Positions 15,560-24,434 of a stretch of 32,000 nt of DNA are shown here, piece by piece. The DNA comes from Acaryochloris thomasi RCC1774 (GTDB taxonomy: Bacteria > Cyanobacteriota > Cyanobacteriia > Thermosynechococcales > Thermosynechococcaceae). Where the stretch lies: contig NZ_PQWO01000030.1 of NCBI RefSeq assembly GCF_003231495.1, positions 1 to 32,000 of the forward strand. The letters run 5' to 3'. A program made the translations under genes and the position numbers. Below the pieces are notes generated by a model, which had not been told where the DNA came from, ran no database searches, and was given only the letters and a program-made list of their open reading frames with translations. Numbering within the stretch: position 1 is the stretch's first letter; the number at the start of each line of letters is the position of its first letter.

Positions 15560-15583
15560 AAAGGATGCGATCGCATCCTTTTT
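15560..15583 (+). terminator. intrinsic terminator downstream of dps, built around a HIP1 palindrome
   Basis: AAAGGATGCGATCGCATCCTTTTT has a perfect self-complementary stem (GGATGC/GCATCC around GATC) followed by a T5 run. It lies 68 nt after the dps stop. Confidence 0.6.
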
Positions 15584-15670
15584 GGCGGTCATTTACGTTA
15601 GGGTGGCCGTAGTCTGCCTGTTAGGTTTAGGCAATACGATTCAATCTATAAAGGAAAATAAGAAAGCGCT

Positions 15671-17323
15671 GTGATATCGGGTTTAACGCAAACGACCTCT
15701 CGTCAACGAGATATTGTCGAAGTTGTTTTCCGCAACGGCTGGGACTACATGCGGCAGTTGCTGACCGGTGGCAAAGCCGGAACACCAGATCTGCCCACAC
15801 CGGCTGTCCTTCGCAACATCTTGGTCGACCTCGGCCCTGTGTACGTCAAGCTCGGGCAGTTGCTGAGCACCCGCCCAGATATCTTACCCGCGAGCTATAT
15901 TGAGGTTCTCTCAACGCTGCAGAGCGAGGTGCCGCCGGTCTCTTGGGTTGAGATCGAGACTCTGATCCGTCAAGAGCTTCCTGGATCTTTGAATCAAACC
16001 TTTACTCAAATTAATCCGCAGCCCATTGCAGCCGGATCTATTGGACAGATTCATCGCGCTAAGTTGACCAATGGTCAAGAGGTTGTGCTGAAGGTGCAGC
16101 GACCTGGAATTGATGCCGTTGTCGACCAAGATATCGCCTTGATTCGGAGTTTAGCTGAGCTGGCCAGCCGCACGGACTTGGGTAAAGACTACGACCTACA
16201 GGCAACTGCGGAGGAATTTACTGAAGCACTGCTCAACGAGCTTGATTTCAGGTTAGAGGCCCGCCACACCGATCAGCTGCGTGCCAATATGTCTGAGAGC
16301 CGCTGGTTTGACTCGAAGCAACTGGTGCTCCCCAAGATTTATTGGGAGTGCAGCACAAAAAAGCTACTGGTAATGGAGTGGCTCGATGGTGAATCGCTGC
16401 TGACCGTGAAGTCGGCCCAGATCAAAGCTGGGGGCATTACGGATGAAAAGCGCCGTGAGGTAACGACGCTGCTGTTTCGGGCTTTTCTGCAGCAGTTTTA
16501 CATCGATGGTTTTTTCCACGCTGATCCTCATCCAGGGAACTTGTTCTATTTGCGGGACGGTCGGGTGGCGCTGCTGGACTGCGGGATGGTGGGTCGAATT
16601 GATCCAAATACGCAGCAAATTTTAACGGAGCTGCTGCTGGCCATTGTGGATATTGATGCCCAGCGGTGTGCCCAGCTAACGCTCCAGCTCGCTGAGTCTA
16701 AGCGAACGGCAAATCTAGCGAGTTTAGAGGTCGATTTTGAGCGGCTTTTGAGAAAGTACTATAACCGCAGTCTCGCTGAGATCAACTTGGGTGAGGTTTT
16801 ATTTGAGACGCTGCAGGTGGCGCGCGAGAACAAGCTGAAGCTACCCGGAAATATTGGCCTGTATGTTAAAGCTCTTGCTAATCTAGAGGGCGCAGCACGT
16901 ACTTTTGATCCTAAGTTCAATGTTTTAGATGAAGTGAAGCCGCTGATGGGCGACCTGTTCCGTCGTCAGCTCATTGGAGAAGAACCCATTCCAACGCTGT
17001 TGCGGACGGCGCTTGATTTGAAGGGACTGACGTTGCGATCGCCCCGTCTCGCAGAACTGCTACTCGATCGGGTCACCTCCGAGACGCTGCAGTGGAATAT
17101 CAACTTGGGAGGCGGCTTAGAAAGCCTGCCTGCGACTCAGGCCGATGCCGCTAACCGTCTATCTTTCAGTATTTTAGTGGGGTCTCTAATTGTGGGAGCG
17201 GCCCTGATCTCTTCAACTGAGATGACGGCGATTTATTGGTTGAGCAATACGTTGTTTGCGGTCGCTAGTTTCCTGGGTTTGTGGTTAATTATTAGTATTT
17301 TGCGCTCCGGCCAGTTGAGATAA
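15671..17323 (+). CDS. ABC1/AarF/UbiB atypical kinase family protein with C-terminal TM helices
   Basis: 550 aa. Motifs seen are GPVYVKLGQLLSTRPDILP, AAGSIGQIHRAKL, VLKVQRPGI and FFHADPHPGNLF...LLDCGMVG. Two hydrophobic helices lie at the C-terminus. Confidence 0.9.
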   Translation: MISGLTQTTSRQRDIVEVVFRNGWDYMRQLLTGGKAGTPDLPTPAVLRNILVDLGPVYVKLGQLLSTRPDILPASYIEVLSTLQSEVPPVSWVEIETLIRQELPGSLNQTFTQINPQPIAAGSIGQIHRAKLTNGQEVVLKVQRPGIDAVVDQDIALIRSLAELASRTDLGKDYDLQATAEEFTEALLNELDFRLEARHTDQLRANMSESRWFDSKQLVLPKIYWECSTKKLLVMEWLDGESLLTVKSAQIKAGGITDEKRREVTTLLFRAFLQQFYIDGFFHADPHPGNLFYLRDGRVALLDCGMVGRIDPNTQQILTELLLAIVDIDAQRCAQLTLQLAESKRTANLASLEVDFERLLRKYYNRSLAEINLGEVLFETLQVARENKLKLPGNIGLYVKALANLEGAARTFDPKFNVLDEVKPLMGDLFRRQLIGEEPIPTLLRTALDLKGLTLRSPRLAELLLDRVTSETLQWNINLGGGLESLPATQADAANRLSFSILVGSLIVGAALISSTEMTAIYWLSNTLFAVASFLGLWLIISILRSGQLR

Positions 17324-17657
17324 ATGTGAGTTATTTCGACACCCTTCTCTAAGAAGTTCAGCCATCATATTGGAACCATTTGGGTGTTTATTCATCACTA
17401 CAGTGAGATGATGAGACAAAAGCAACAGCGTTACCATGCACAACGGCCTATCTTTCTACCTCAACGTTATTCCTTCTCAAGACCTATCTTTTTCAAAATG
17501 CCCAGTGAGTGCTGAACTAGATCTAGCCGAATGGGCAGGTCAAATGTTCAAGGTTAATTAGGCCAGCCCTTGCGAGAATTAGTGATTGGGCTAGACAAAA
17601 CATTTGAATTAGCCTAGATTTGAAGCGACTCATCCATCTCAAAGGTACTTTTTTACC

Positions 17658-18065
17658 ATGGCAAAAAAGAAAGCAGTTTCCAAGAAGAAGTCTGATGCAG
17701 AGCAGCAAGATACTAAGCCCCTAACGGGTAAAGAATTACTGACCAAGCTACAGAGCCTCTCCCACCTTTCTAAGCGTGAAAAAGCAAAGGAATGTGGCTA
17801 TGCAACGGTGAACGGTAAGGGAACACGAGTCAACCTTAGTCAGTTCATGACGGCAATTTTAGAGGCAAGGGGTCTGTCTCTGGAGCCAGCATCAAGTGAC
17901 GGTCGGGGTCGAGAGGCAACCTATCGCGTTAAAGTTCATAAGAACGGTCAAATCGTGATCGGGTCTGCCTACACTGAAAAGATGGGATTGCAAGTGGGTG
18001 ATGAGTTTGAAATCAAATTGGGATACAAGCATATTCATCTCAATCAAATTTCTGAGTCAACATAA
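17658..18065 (+). CDS. cyanobacterial AbrB-type (cyAbrB) transcriptional regulator
   Basis: 135 aa with a lysine-rich N-terminus. LTGKELLTKLQSLSHLSKREKAKECGYA...LSQFMTAILEARG is followed by a C-terminal SpoVT/AbrB-like swapped-hairpin segment, GQIVIGSAYTEKMGLQVGDEFEIKLGYKHIHL. This is the cyAbrB arrangement, with the AbrB domain at the C-terminus. Confidence 0.8.
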   Translation: MAKKKAVSKKKSDAEQQDTKPLTGKELLTKLQSLSHLSKREKAKECGYATVNGKGTRVNLSQFMTAILEARGLSLEPASSDGRGREATYRVKVHKNGQIVIGSAYTEKMGLQVGDEFEIKLGYKHIHLNQISEST

Positions 18066-18081
18066 ATATCGGTAATCGCTT

Positions 18082-18582
18082 TTGAACCGGTTGATCAACT
18101 GGCTGCAGAGGTCTATCTTTCCGAGTCGTCGAGTAAGCGTTGCAGCAGATGTTCTGATGGACACTGCTAGACATCGCTTGGAGCAGTGCTTTGCTAATGA
18201 CATTGTTCTGACTGGTTTGCTCCAGAGTCAACGCCGGTACTGGGGCAGCTTAGACGGTCAGACTCTGACACTTCATGGGCCAAATGCCAATAAACAGTTT
18301 CGCTTTTTAACCAGAGGCCACTTAACTGAGCTACAGTCCCGAACCATTCTAGATATTCATATTTTATTGAGCAGAAATGATATTTTCTCGCTGCTGTTCG
18401 TGGCCGTCTTGCTGCTATTCGCGGTACCGCTGATGTTCCAAACACTCAGCATTTTTCTCTTGCCAGCGCTGCTGCTTTTTATCTATGGAATGCTTCAATG
18501 GCATTTTCAATGCTATGAAAAAGAGATTTCTCAGCTCTTGCTTGACATTATTACAGGTGTACAAACAGCTAAAGAGTCTTGA
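18082..18582 (+). CDS. hypothetical membrane protein (two C-terminal TM helices)
   Basis: Track ORF of 166 aa with a TTG start, beginning 17 nt after the cyAbrB stop. The hydrophobic segments are FSLLFVAVLLLFAVPLMF and LSIFLLPALLLFIYGML. An internal ATG (MDTARH) is an alternative start. No family was recognised. Confidence 0.5.
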   Translation: MNRLINWLQRSIFPSRRVSVAADVLMDTARHRLEQCFANDIVLTGLLQSQRRYWGSLDGQTLTLHGPNANKQFRFLTRGHLTELQSRTILDIHILLSRNDIFSLLFVAVLLLFAVPLMFQTLSIFLLPALLLFIYGMLQWHFQCYEKEISQLLLDIITGVQTAKES

Positions 18583-18716
18583 GTCAGCACTAAGGCCGTA
18601 AGCATCCTATCGCTTCTACTTCAATTGCTGAGAGAGGACTGCCCATCGGTAACTATGACTCGATCCTATCTTCGGCAGGTAGTGTAGGTCTCGGATAATG
18701 AAGCGGTGCAAGCTTC

Positions 18717-18860
18717 ATGGAGCTTTCCCAAATGTCAGAGCTTCAGGTCGAAACGTTGGACCCTTTGGGCCTAGTTGCTGGTGTCATTGACGAGCTGGGT
18801 TTGGTGGAACTAACCGATGGGGTGCTCGAGTTTTCAGATGTTCCCAATGTACTCCTCTAA
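18717..18860 (+). pseudogene. 47-codon stub of a DUF4277-type (IS1634/IS4-like) transposase N-terminus
   Basis: Hand translation gives MELSQMSELQVETLDPLGLVAGVIDELGLVELTDGVLEFSDVPNVLL*. The block LDxLGLVAGxIDELGLVE is the hallmark N-terminal DUF4277 motif. The rest of the transposase is absent, since the hydrolase gene begins 25 nt downstream. Confidence 0.5.
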
Positions 18861-18884
18861 TAAGGGGCTGCTGGTTGGATGCTG

Positions 18885-19757
18885 TTATGTGTAAAGGAAC
18901 TGAAGTAGTGCGATCGCAAACTCCTCAGGCGCATCTTGCTGCACCCAATGGGACGCATTCTCAATCAGTTCAAACCTAGCGCCAGGAATCTCTGTTGCCA
19001 GCCGCTGACCATCTTCAGCCTTTTGCCAAGGATCATCCATGCCCCAAAGAATGAGAGTCTGCGCTGAAATAGTTCCATGCCGATCTACTAAAGCCATTGT
19101 TTGATTTGCATTCAAAGCTGATGCATTCCGCAACAGACTCAGCTTGCCTTCTTCACTGGCCCAAGGTGCAATAATACCCGATCGAAAATCTTCCGTCAGA
19201 CGATCAGGACGGGAAAGCCCCATCGCTAGGCTCTCTTCTAGAGCGACTCCCAAGTCTGAGATTGGACGCGGCTTCCATCGTAATGGATGGCCGAAGTCGA
19301 GCATGTCATCGTCAAAGCGGTCGTAGCAAACTGAGTTAGAAATGACGAGATGATCTACAAGCTGAGGATGCTCGATAGCTAAAATCAATGCCACTGCGCC
19401 GCCGGTATCGTGGCCCACGACGTGAACTTGCGAAAGTCCCAGCGCGGGCAACAGTGTACAAATCATCCGGGCCTGATCTTGAAAGGATCGATCAAAGCGA
19501 TCTCGCCGATCTGACCAGCCATGTCCCAGAAAATCAGGCGCAATCACTCTGTACCCTGCCTCAACCAAAAGCGGAATTACTGCATGATAGAGATATCCCC
19601 AAGTCGGAATCCCATGCATGAGTAGGAGCGTTCCTTTCTGAGCTTCGCCAACATCTACATACCGAATGCTGACAGGGATGTGAGCAACCGTATGGGCAGG
19701 TAGCTCAATCTCTTGCTGAGCCTTTTTATATTCCAGCCAGGTTTTCCAGAGAACCAT
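18885..19757 (-). CDS. alpha/beta hydrolase, haloalkane-dehalogenase/epoxide-hydrolase-like subgroup (Asp nucleophile)
   Basis: 290 aa. It has the HGIPTWGYLYH oxyanion region, the nucleophile elbow VVGHDTGGAV (G-H-D-x-G) and the C-terminal ASHWVQQDAPEEF histidine motif. Confidence 0.85.
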   Translation of the reverse strand: MVLWKTWLEYKKAQQEIELPAHTVAHIPVSIRYVDVGEAQKGTLLLMHGIPTWGYLYHAVIPLLVEAGYRVIAPDFLGHGWSDRRDRFDRSFQDQARMICTLLPALGLSQVHVVGHDTGGAVALILAIEHPQLVDHLVISNSVCYDRFDDDMLDFGHPLRWKPRPISDLGVALEESLAMGLSRPDRLTEDFRSGIIAPWASEEGKLSLLRNASALNANQTMALVDRHGTISAQTLILWGMDDPWQKAEDGQRLATEIPGARFELIENASHWVQQDAPEEFAIALLQFLYT

Positions 19758-19775
19758 AATGAACTGTAGTGTTGA

Positions 19776-20591
19776 TTATCTAGATTGTCGGCGCAGGCGC
19801 AGGGCATCAGCTTCCGCTTTGAAGAAAGCCGTCAGACGGCTGGCCGAATGGAGCAACTCCTTCGTGGTGGCTAATTCTTGCTGCAGTCTCTCAGCGTTTA
19901 GTTGCCTTTCTGTGCTTTCCATCTTCAAGTGTTTGACCTGCTGTTCTAGGGTTGTATTATTCCGCTTGAGCTGCTGAACCTGTTGTTGCAGGGTCGTCTT
20001 TTCATCCTCGTGCTGCTGAACCTGTTGCTGCAGGGTTGTCTTGTCATCACCAAGCTGCTGAACCTGCTGTTGCAGGCTAGTTTTCTCCTCATTGAGTTGT
20101 TGAACTTGTTGCTGCAGATCGGTCCTGCTGACGTTAACTTGCTCAACTTTCTGTTGAAACAAGCTGTTGTTTTGACGAAGCTGCTCTGCCTCCTCTGTGA
20201 GGGCCGCAATCTGATCTTTGTCCTGGTGAGCAAGATCTTGCAGCTTCGCAACGATGGTTCCTAGTTCCTGCTTCGCTTTCTGTAGATCACCGACGTAATG
20301 TTCCAGGTAAGCTGCTCGATCCAGTTGTTCTGCATCGGCTAGCTCCCCCAAGTTCTGCCAGTATTGGTCCGTCAATCGGAGAAGCCGCATCCGTTTAGGG
20401 CTGCCCTCAGTTCGACTAAATAGCTGCAGATTTTGCATGAGTTCTCTCACTATTCTGAGACGGCTGCTGGAAATGAAATCTGGATACTGCCTACAGTATA
20501 GGTGTGTCTTATCTGGAGAATAGGGTAAATTCTGCGATGAGATCATATTGCTGAAGCGGATGGGGAGTTGTTGCATCTGCAACTTGATCAA
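19776..20591 (-). CDS. Q-rich coiled-coil protein with 14-residue tandem repeats; function unknown
   Basis: 271 aa. The central part reads LQQQVQQLNEEKTSLQQQVQQLGDDKTTLQQQVQQHEDEKTTLQQQVQQLKRNNTTLEQQVKHL, a double-heptad periodicity. The ~130-aa N-terminal domain is unrecognised. The start may be the internal MISSQNL. Confidence 0.65.
   Translation of the reverse strand: MIKLQMQQLPIRFSNMISSQNLPYSPDKTHLYCRQYPDFISSSRLRIVRELMQNLQLFSRTEGSPKRMRLLRLTDQYWQNLGELADAEQLDRAAYLEHYVGDLQKAKQELGTIVAKLQDLAHQDKDQIAALTEEAEQLRQNNSLFQQKVEQVNVSRTDLQQQVQQLNEEKTSLQQQVQQLGDDKTTLQQQVQQHEDEKTTLQQQVQQLKRNNTTLEQQVKHLKMESTERQLNAERLQQELATTKELLHSASRLTAFFKAEADALRLRRQSR
19929..20180 (-). repeat. about six tandem 42-bp coding repeats
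   Basis: Plus-strand units are ctgctgaacctgttgttgcagggtcgtcttttcatcctcgtg (19971), ctgctgaacctgttgctgcagggttgtcttgtcatcaccaag (20013) and ctgctgaacctgctgttgcaggctagttttctcctcattgag (20055). Degenerate flanking units lie at 19929, 20097 and 20139. Confidence 0.85.
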
Positions 20592-20843
20592 TCGTTCGAT
20601 GATATGGACCGTCTTAATTTACTGGTTTTTGAGGTTGATGTCGGTTTTATACGTCGAAAATCCCATGATGTCTCTGTCGAGAGGATCCGTGGTGAAATTT
20701 GCGATCGCAACACCAATCCCCAAAAACCTACCTCTTTCTTGAGAGATGGCTGAGCTAGCTAGGTCGAGCTAAGCTGGCAGTGCCACAGTCAATGACACGA
20801 TATGCCTCAATCACACATTGGTCTAGCCAGGAGCAGGGGAACA

Positions 20844-23609
20844 ATGGCTTGCATTGCCGGGAACCTAGTCGCGGCTTTCGCCGTAGTGCTTCTGAATCCA
20901 TGTATCAATCTAGCCAATCCTTCCGTTCTCTCTACCCAGCAGGTTGTGGCTTCAACACCCGAAATGAAGCAGTATCAGGCGGGACTTGATCTCTACAAAG
21001 AAGGCAAGTACCCAGAAGCATTAGCGGTTTTTCGTGAAATTCAAGCCTTTTATGTACAAAACAACAATCTGAAAGGCCAGCGAGAGATTTTAATCAATAT
21101 TGGCCGAGTCCATGAAAAACTGGGTCGTGCCTCTAAAGCCCTGCAAGCCTTCAATGCGGCCTTAGACATCACCCAAAAGCTTGAAGCCCCTGTTCAAGCG
21201 GGCAGCATTCTGATCAAAATGGCCGGTGTGTATGAGCTTCTGGGAGAATATGATCGCTCCTTTGCAACCTATGATCGGGCATTGCAGATTTACCGAAAGC
21301 ACAATAGCCGTCGCGGTGAAGCGGCAGCCCTCACGGGGAAGGGGCTGATCTCTTTGCGGCAGGGAAAGTATACGAAGGCACTCGATTTATACCAGCAGGC
21401 CTTGCAGGTGCGCCGATTGGAAGGTGATCGCTATGGAGAAGCCATCACCTTAAGCGGTATCGGGGTTTCCTATCTGCAGCTTGGTCAGCCTCAAAAGGCT
21501 CTGGACGTTCACCAGCAGGCCTTGCGCTTGCGGAAACAGTCCAAAGATATCAGAGGCCAAGCCATCAGCCGCAGGTATATTGGGCAAACCTATGCTGCCT
21601 TCTCGCGCAACCGCAAAGCTCTTAAGCAGTACCAGAAAGCCTTAGATATCTTTCGTAATGCCAATGATTTCAACGGTCAAGAAAGAACGCTCATTCGGAT
21701 GGCGGGTCTCTACAACAAGACGGGCCAACACCAAGAAGCACTGGATCTTTTATACGAAGCACGCTCTATTGCAAAAAAGATTAGCGATCGCAAAGGTGAG
21801 GGGCTAGCCCACAGCGAGATTGGTAAAACTCAGGATCGACTGCAGCAATACTCAGAAGCCTTAAAATCCCATCGCTATGCCCTCGCGCTCCGTCAGCAGA
21901 TCGGAGACCGAGCGGGCGAAGTCGAAACCCTCAGCGACATTGCTTCCTTACTTGAGCAACAGCAGCAGCCAGAAACCGCTGTCGTTTTTTACAAAGAAGC
22001 CGTTAATCAAATCGAAGATATTCGCAAAGAGCTGACCACACTGTCCATCTCAGAGCAAGAAGCCTACGCCGATACCGTTGCCCATGTCTATCGATCTCTG
22101 GCCGATCTGCTACTTTCACAGGACAGAATTCTCGAAGCACAGCAGGTCCTAGAACTGCTCAAGGTCCAGGAACTTCGCAACTTCACGCGTGAAAGCCGCA
22201 CCAATATTGAGAGCCAGGGAATTGCCACCTATGAATCAGAGGCAATGGTGGTTGAAACCCATGACAGCCTCATCCGGTTTGGTACTGATGTCAAACAGTG
22301 CGAAGAAGCCCAGTGTCCCCTTTTAAGTCAGAAGCTCGATCAGCTCGAACAAATCAACGCAGACTTTGAGAAGACAGTCCAAGAACTAGAAGCCGAAATC
22401 CGCAGCAGGCGCGCCCAAGACTTTAAGTTTTTTGACCCCAATAAACTCGTTCGCAAAGCAGAATCCATTTTTGCAGCTCAACCGAACACCGTCATTGTCT
22501 ATCCGCTGGTTCTTGAAGACAAGCTGTGGATCCTGTGGGCGTCTGCGGGCGGTATTACCCGCAGCATTGAAGTGCCTGGGGTTGGCCGATCAGAACTAGG
22601 GCAGGCCGTTCTAGAATTTCGGCAGCTTTTACAGGATCCGAACTCTGATATTGTCCGCCTGCAGGCAACCAGCAAAACGCTCTATGACTGGCTGCTGCCC
22701 GTCGAGTTAGCAAAGGAGCTGAAGGCCAATCAAATTGAAAATCTCATTTTCTCCCTCGATAACGTCACGCGCTACATCCCCACGGATGCCCTTTTCAGTG
22801 GTGAGCGCTACCTGATTGAAGACTATAATCTTTCGACCATCATTTCTGCTGAACTGACAGATACGACCTCCCAGTTACCCGCCACCGTTGATCAGACCCG
22901 CATTCTAGCTTTAGGGCTATCAAACCCTGTCTCGGGATTTAATTCACTGCCCAACGTCCCAGATGAGCTAGATGCGATCGTTCGAGATGCCTCTAAACCC
23001 AACGATGCAATTGGCATATATCCGGGTCGGGAGATGCTCAATGAGCAATTTACTCGCAAATCAATGCGGGATAATCTGGGCGGGCATCAGGTCTTACACA
23101 TTGCGACCCACGGTGAATTTATCCCAGGAAATAGGGCACAGTCTTCTTACGTATTGCTGGGGGATGGGGATAAGCTACCGATTTCTGAGGTCGAAAAACT
23201 TCGAGGGCTAGGACAGATACATTTAGTGGTTCTATCTGCCTGTCAGACAGCACTAGGAGACAGTGGTCAAGATGGCACAGAGATTAATGGGCTGAGCTAT
23301 TACTTTCTAAACGGCGGCGCAAAAGCCGTCATTGCTTCCCTGTGGAACGTGAACGATCGCAGTACCAGATTGCTGATGGAGCGTTTCTATTCTCAGTTAG
23401 CTCAAAGTACGCCTCAAGAACGGATAACGAAAGCTCAGGCCATGCGGCTCACGAAGCTTGATTTAATCTACGACCGTACAGGCCAATCGCAGCCCCGCAA
23501 CGACCGTGGCCGCATCGATATTCAAGGCAAGCCAGATTCAGGTCAGTCAAATGACTTTTCCCATCCCTACTATTGGGCACCGTTCACCATTATTGGGAAC
23601 GCTTTATAG
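20844..23609 (+). CDS. TPR-repeat CHAT-domain protein, second paralog, with a signal-peptide-like N-terminus
   Basis: The track ORF starts at 20802. ATG 20844 is preceded by GGAG about 10 nt upstream and gives MACIAGNLVAAFAVVLLNPCINLA. Divergent TPR units follow, then a conserved linker LLLSQDRILEAQQVLELLKVQEL. The CHAT dyad context is LHIATH (cac at 23109) and VVLSAC (tgt at 23241). The protein ends HPYYWAPFTIIGNAL. Confidence 0.9.
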   Translation: MACIAGNLVAAFAVVLLNPCINLANPSVLSTQQVVASTPEMKQYQAGLDLYKEGKYPEALAVFREIQAFYVQNNNLKGQREILINIGRVHEKLGRASKALQAFNAALDITQKLEAPVQAGSILIKMAGVYELLGEYDRSFATYDRALQIYRKHNSRRGEAAALTGKGLISLRQGKYTKALDLYQQALQVRRLEGDRYGEAITLSGIGVSYLQLGQPQKALDVHQQALRLRKQSKDIRGQAISRRYIGQTYAAFSRNRKALKQYQKALDIFRNANDFNGQERTLIRMAGLYNKTGQHQEALDLLYEARSIAKKISDRKGEGLAHSEIGKTQDRLQQYSEALKSHRYALALRQQIGDRAGEVETLSDIASLLEQQQQPETAVVFYKEAVNQIEDIRKELTTLSISEQEAYADTVAHVYRSLADLLLSQDRILEAQQVLELLKVQELRNFTRESRTNIESQGIATYESEAMVVETHDSLIRFGTDVKQCEEAQCPLLSQKLDQLEQINADFEKTVQELEAEIRSRRAQDFKFFDPNKLVRKAESIFAAQPNTVIVYPLVLEDKLWILWASAGGITRSIEVPGVGRSELGQAVLEFRQLLQDPNSDIVRLQATSKTLYDWLLPVELAKELKANQIENLIFSLDNVTRYIPTDALFSGERYLIEDYNLSTIISAELTDTTSQLPATVDQTRILALGLSNPVSGFNSLPNVPDELDAIVRDASKPNDAIGIYPGREMLNEQFTRKSMRDNLGGHQVLHIATHGEFIPGNRAQSSYVLLGDGDKLPISEVEKLRGLGQIHLVVLSACQTALGDSGQDGTEINGLSYYFLNGGAKAVIASLWNVNDRSTRLLMERFYSQLAQSTPQERITKAQAMRLTKLDLIYDRTGQSQPRNDRGRIDIQGKPDSGQSNDFSHPYYWAPFTIIGNAL

Positions 23610-23850
23610 CTGAGCGGTCGGTGAGGCGTTGCCTGTTGCAACGATTGGAAATCGGAGCATGGGACTTGAGCTGTGCTGCACCCTCAATTTCCTGAAATTT
23701 GGATGAATTGAAGTGATACGGCGATCAGTTAGGGGGCGCTGATGATTGATGCTGAGTTGCCTCTGCAGTCGTCTGCCTTCCTCATGCTTTTGAGACATAG
23801 AGCTGTCTCGTCATTTTTCTATTGAACTCTCGATAGCTCAATCACGGCAA

Positions 23851-23888
23851 GCCTCTGGCCCTGCCCGGGTGACTTGGGCCAGGGAGGC
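23851..23888 (+). terminator. candidate hairpin/terminator without an obvious upstream gene
   Basis: In GCCTCTGGCCC tgcccgggtgactt GGGCCAGGGAGGC, GCCTC pairs with GAGGC and TGGCCC pairs with GGGCCA, leaving a small internal bulge. It is followed by ATCGTTTTGCGCATTTTC. It lies about 240 nt after the CHAT-2 stop. Confidence 0.35.
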
Positions 23889-23992
23889 ATCGTTTTGCGC
23901 ATTTTCTTGGCAGAAATAAGAGTATTTCCCTCTGCGTGAGAACTTTCTCATCTAAGATTCATCTGCATCAATGCCTCTTTCCTTTAGACATA

Positions 23993-24005
23993 AATGATAA
24001 TCATT
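23993..24005. promoter_or_regulatory. Fur-box-like 6-1-6 palindrome AATGAT-A-ATCATT
   Basis: It is identical to the central 13 nt of the classical 19-bp Fur consensus GATAATGATAATCATTATC, and matches 14 of 19 positions when extended. It lies in a very AT-rich spacer, so a chance occurrence is plausible. Confidence 0.3.
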
Positions 24006-24434
24006 AAATTTGCGTTAAATAACTATGGGTTGATGGAATATTTTTCGATAAAAATTATTGAAAACCTAATCTAAGTAAATATCTATATTCAATCAATTAA
24101 AAAGTCTGCAAGAAGAGCTTTGCATATTTTCTTCTCTTCTGTGATTCCACTGAAAACTAAATAAATAAAATACAAAAGCCTTCTTTTTCCTCTGTCTGTC
24201 TGTGTTTTTGCGCCATAGCTGAGTGCTTCAAATGAGTTTGGATTTTGATTGTATATAGCTGGCATCTTACTGAGGTTGGATAAAGTTGTCTCTATTTACA
24301 AGGAGTGTTTGGGTCTAGGTATGCACGAAAAGATTTGTTCTATTAATATTAAGTGCAGGTTAAAAGTAAGTCGATTAACCATTGTTTAGTTATTGGGACT
24401 TTGTTCCAGGTAACAACTATCTGGAGATATAGAT

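Noticed and set aside
19946-20264. ORFs 19946..20251 (-) and 19983..20264 (+) inside the coiled-coil gene
   Set aside because: They are alternative-frame and antisense products of the 42-bp CTGCTG-rich repeats. Low-complexity repeats keep several frames open.
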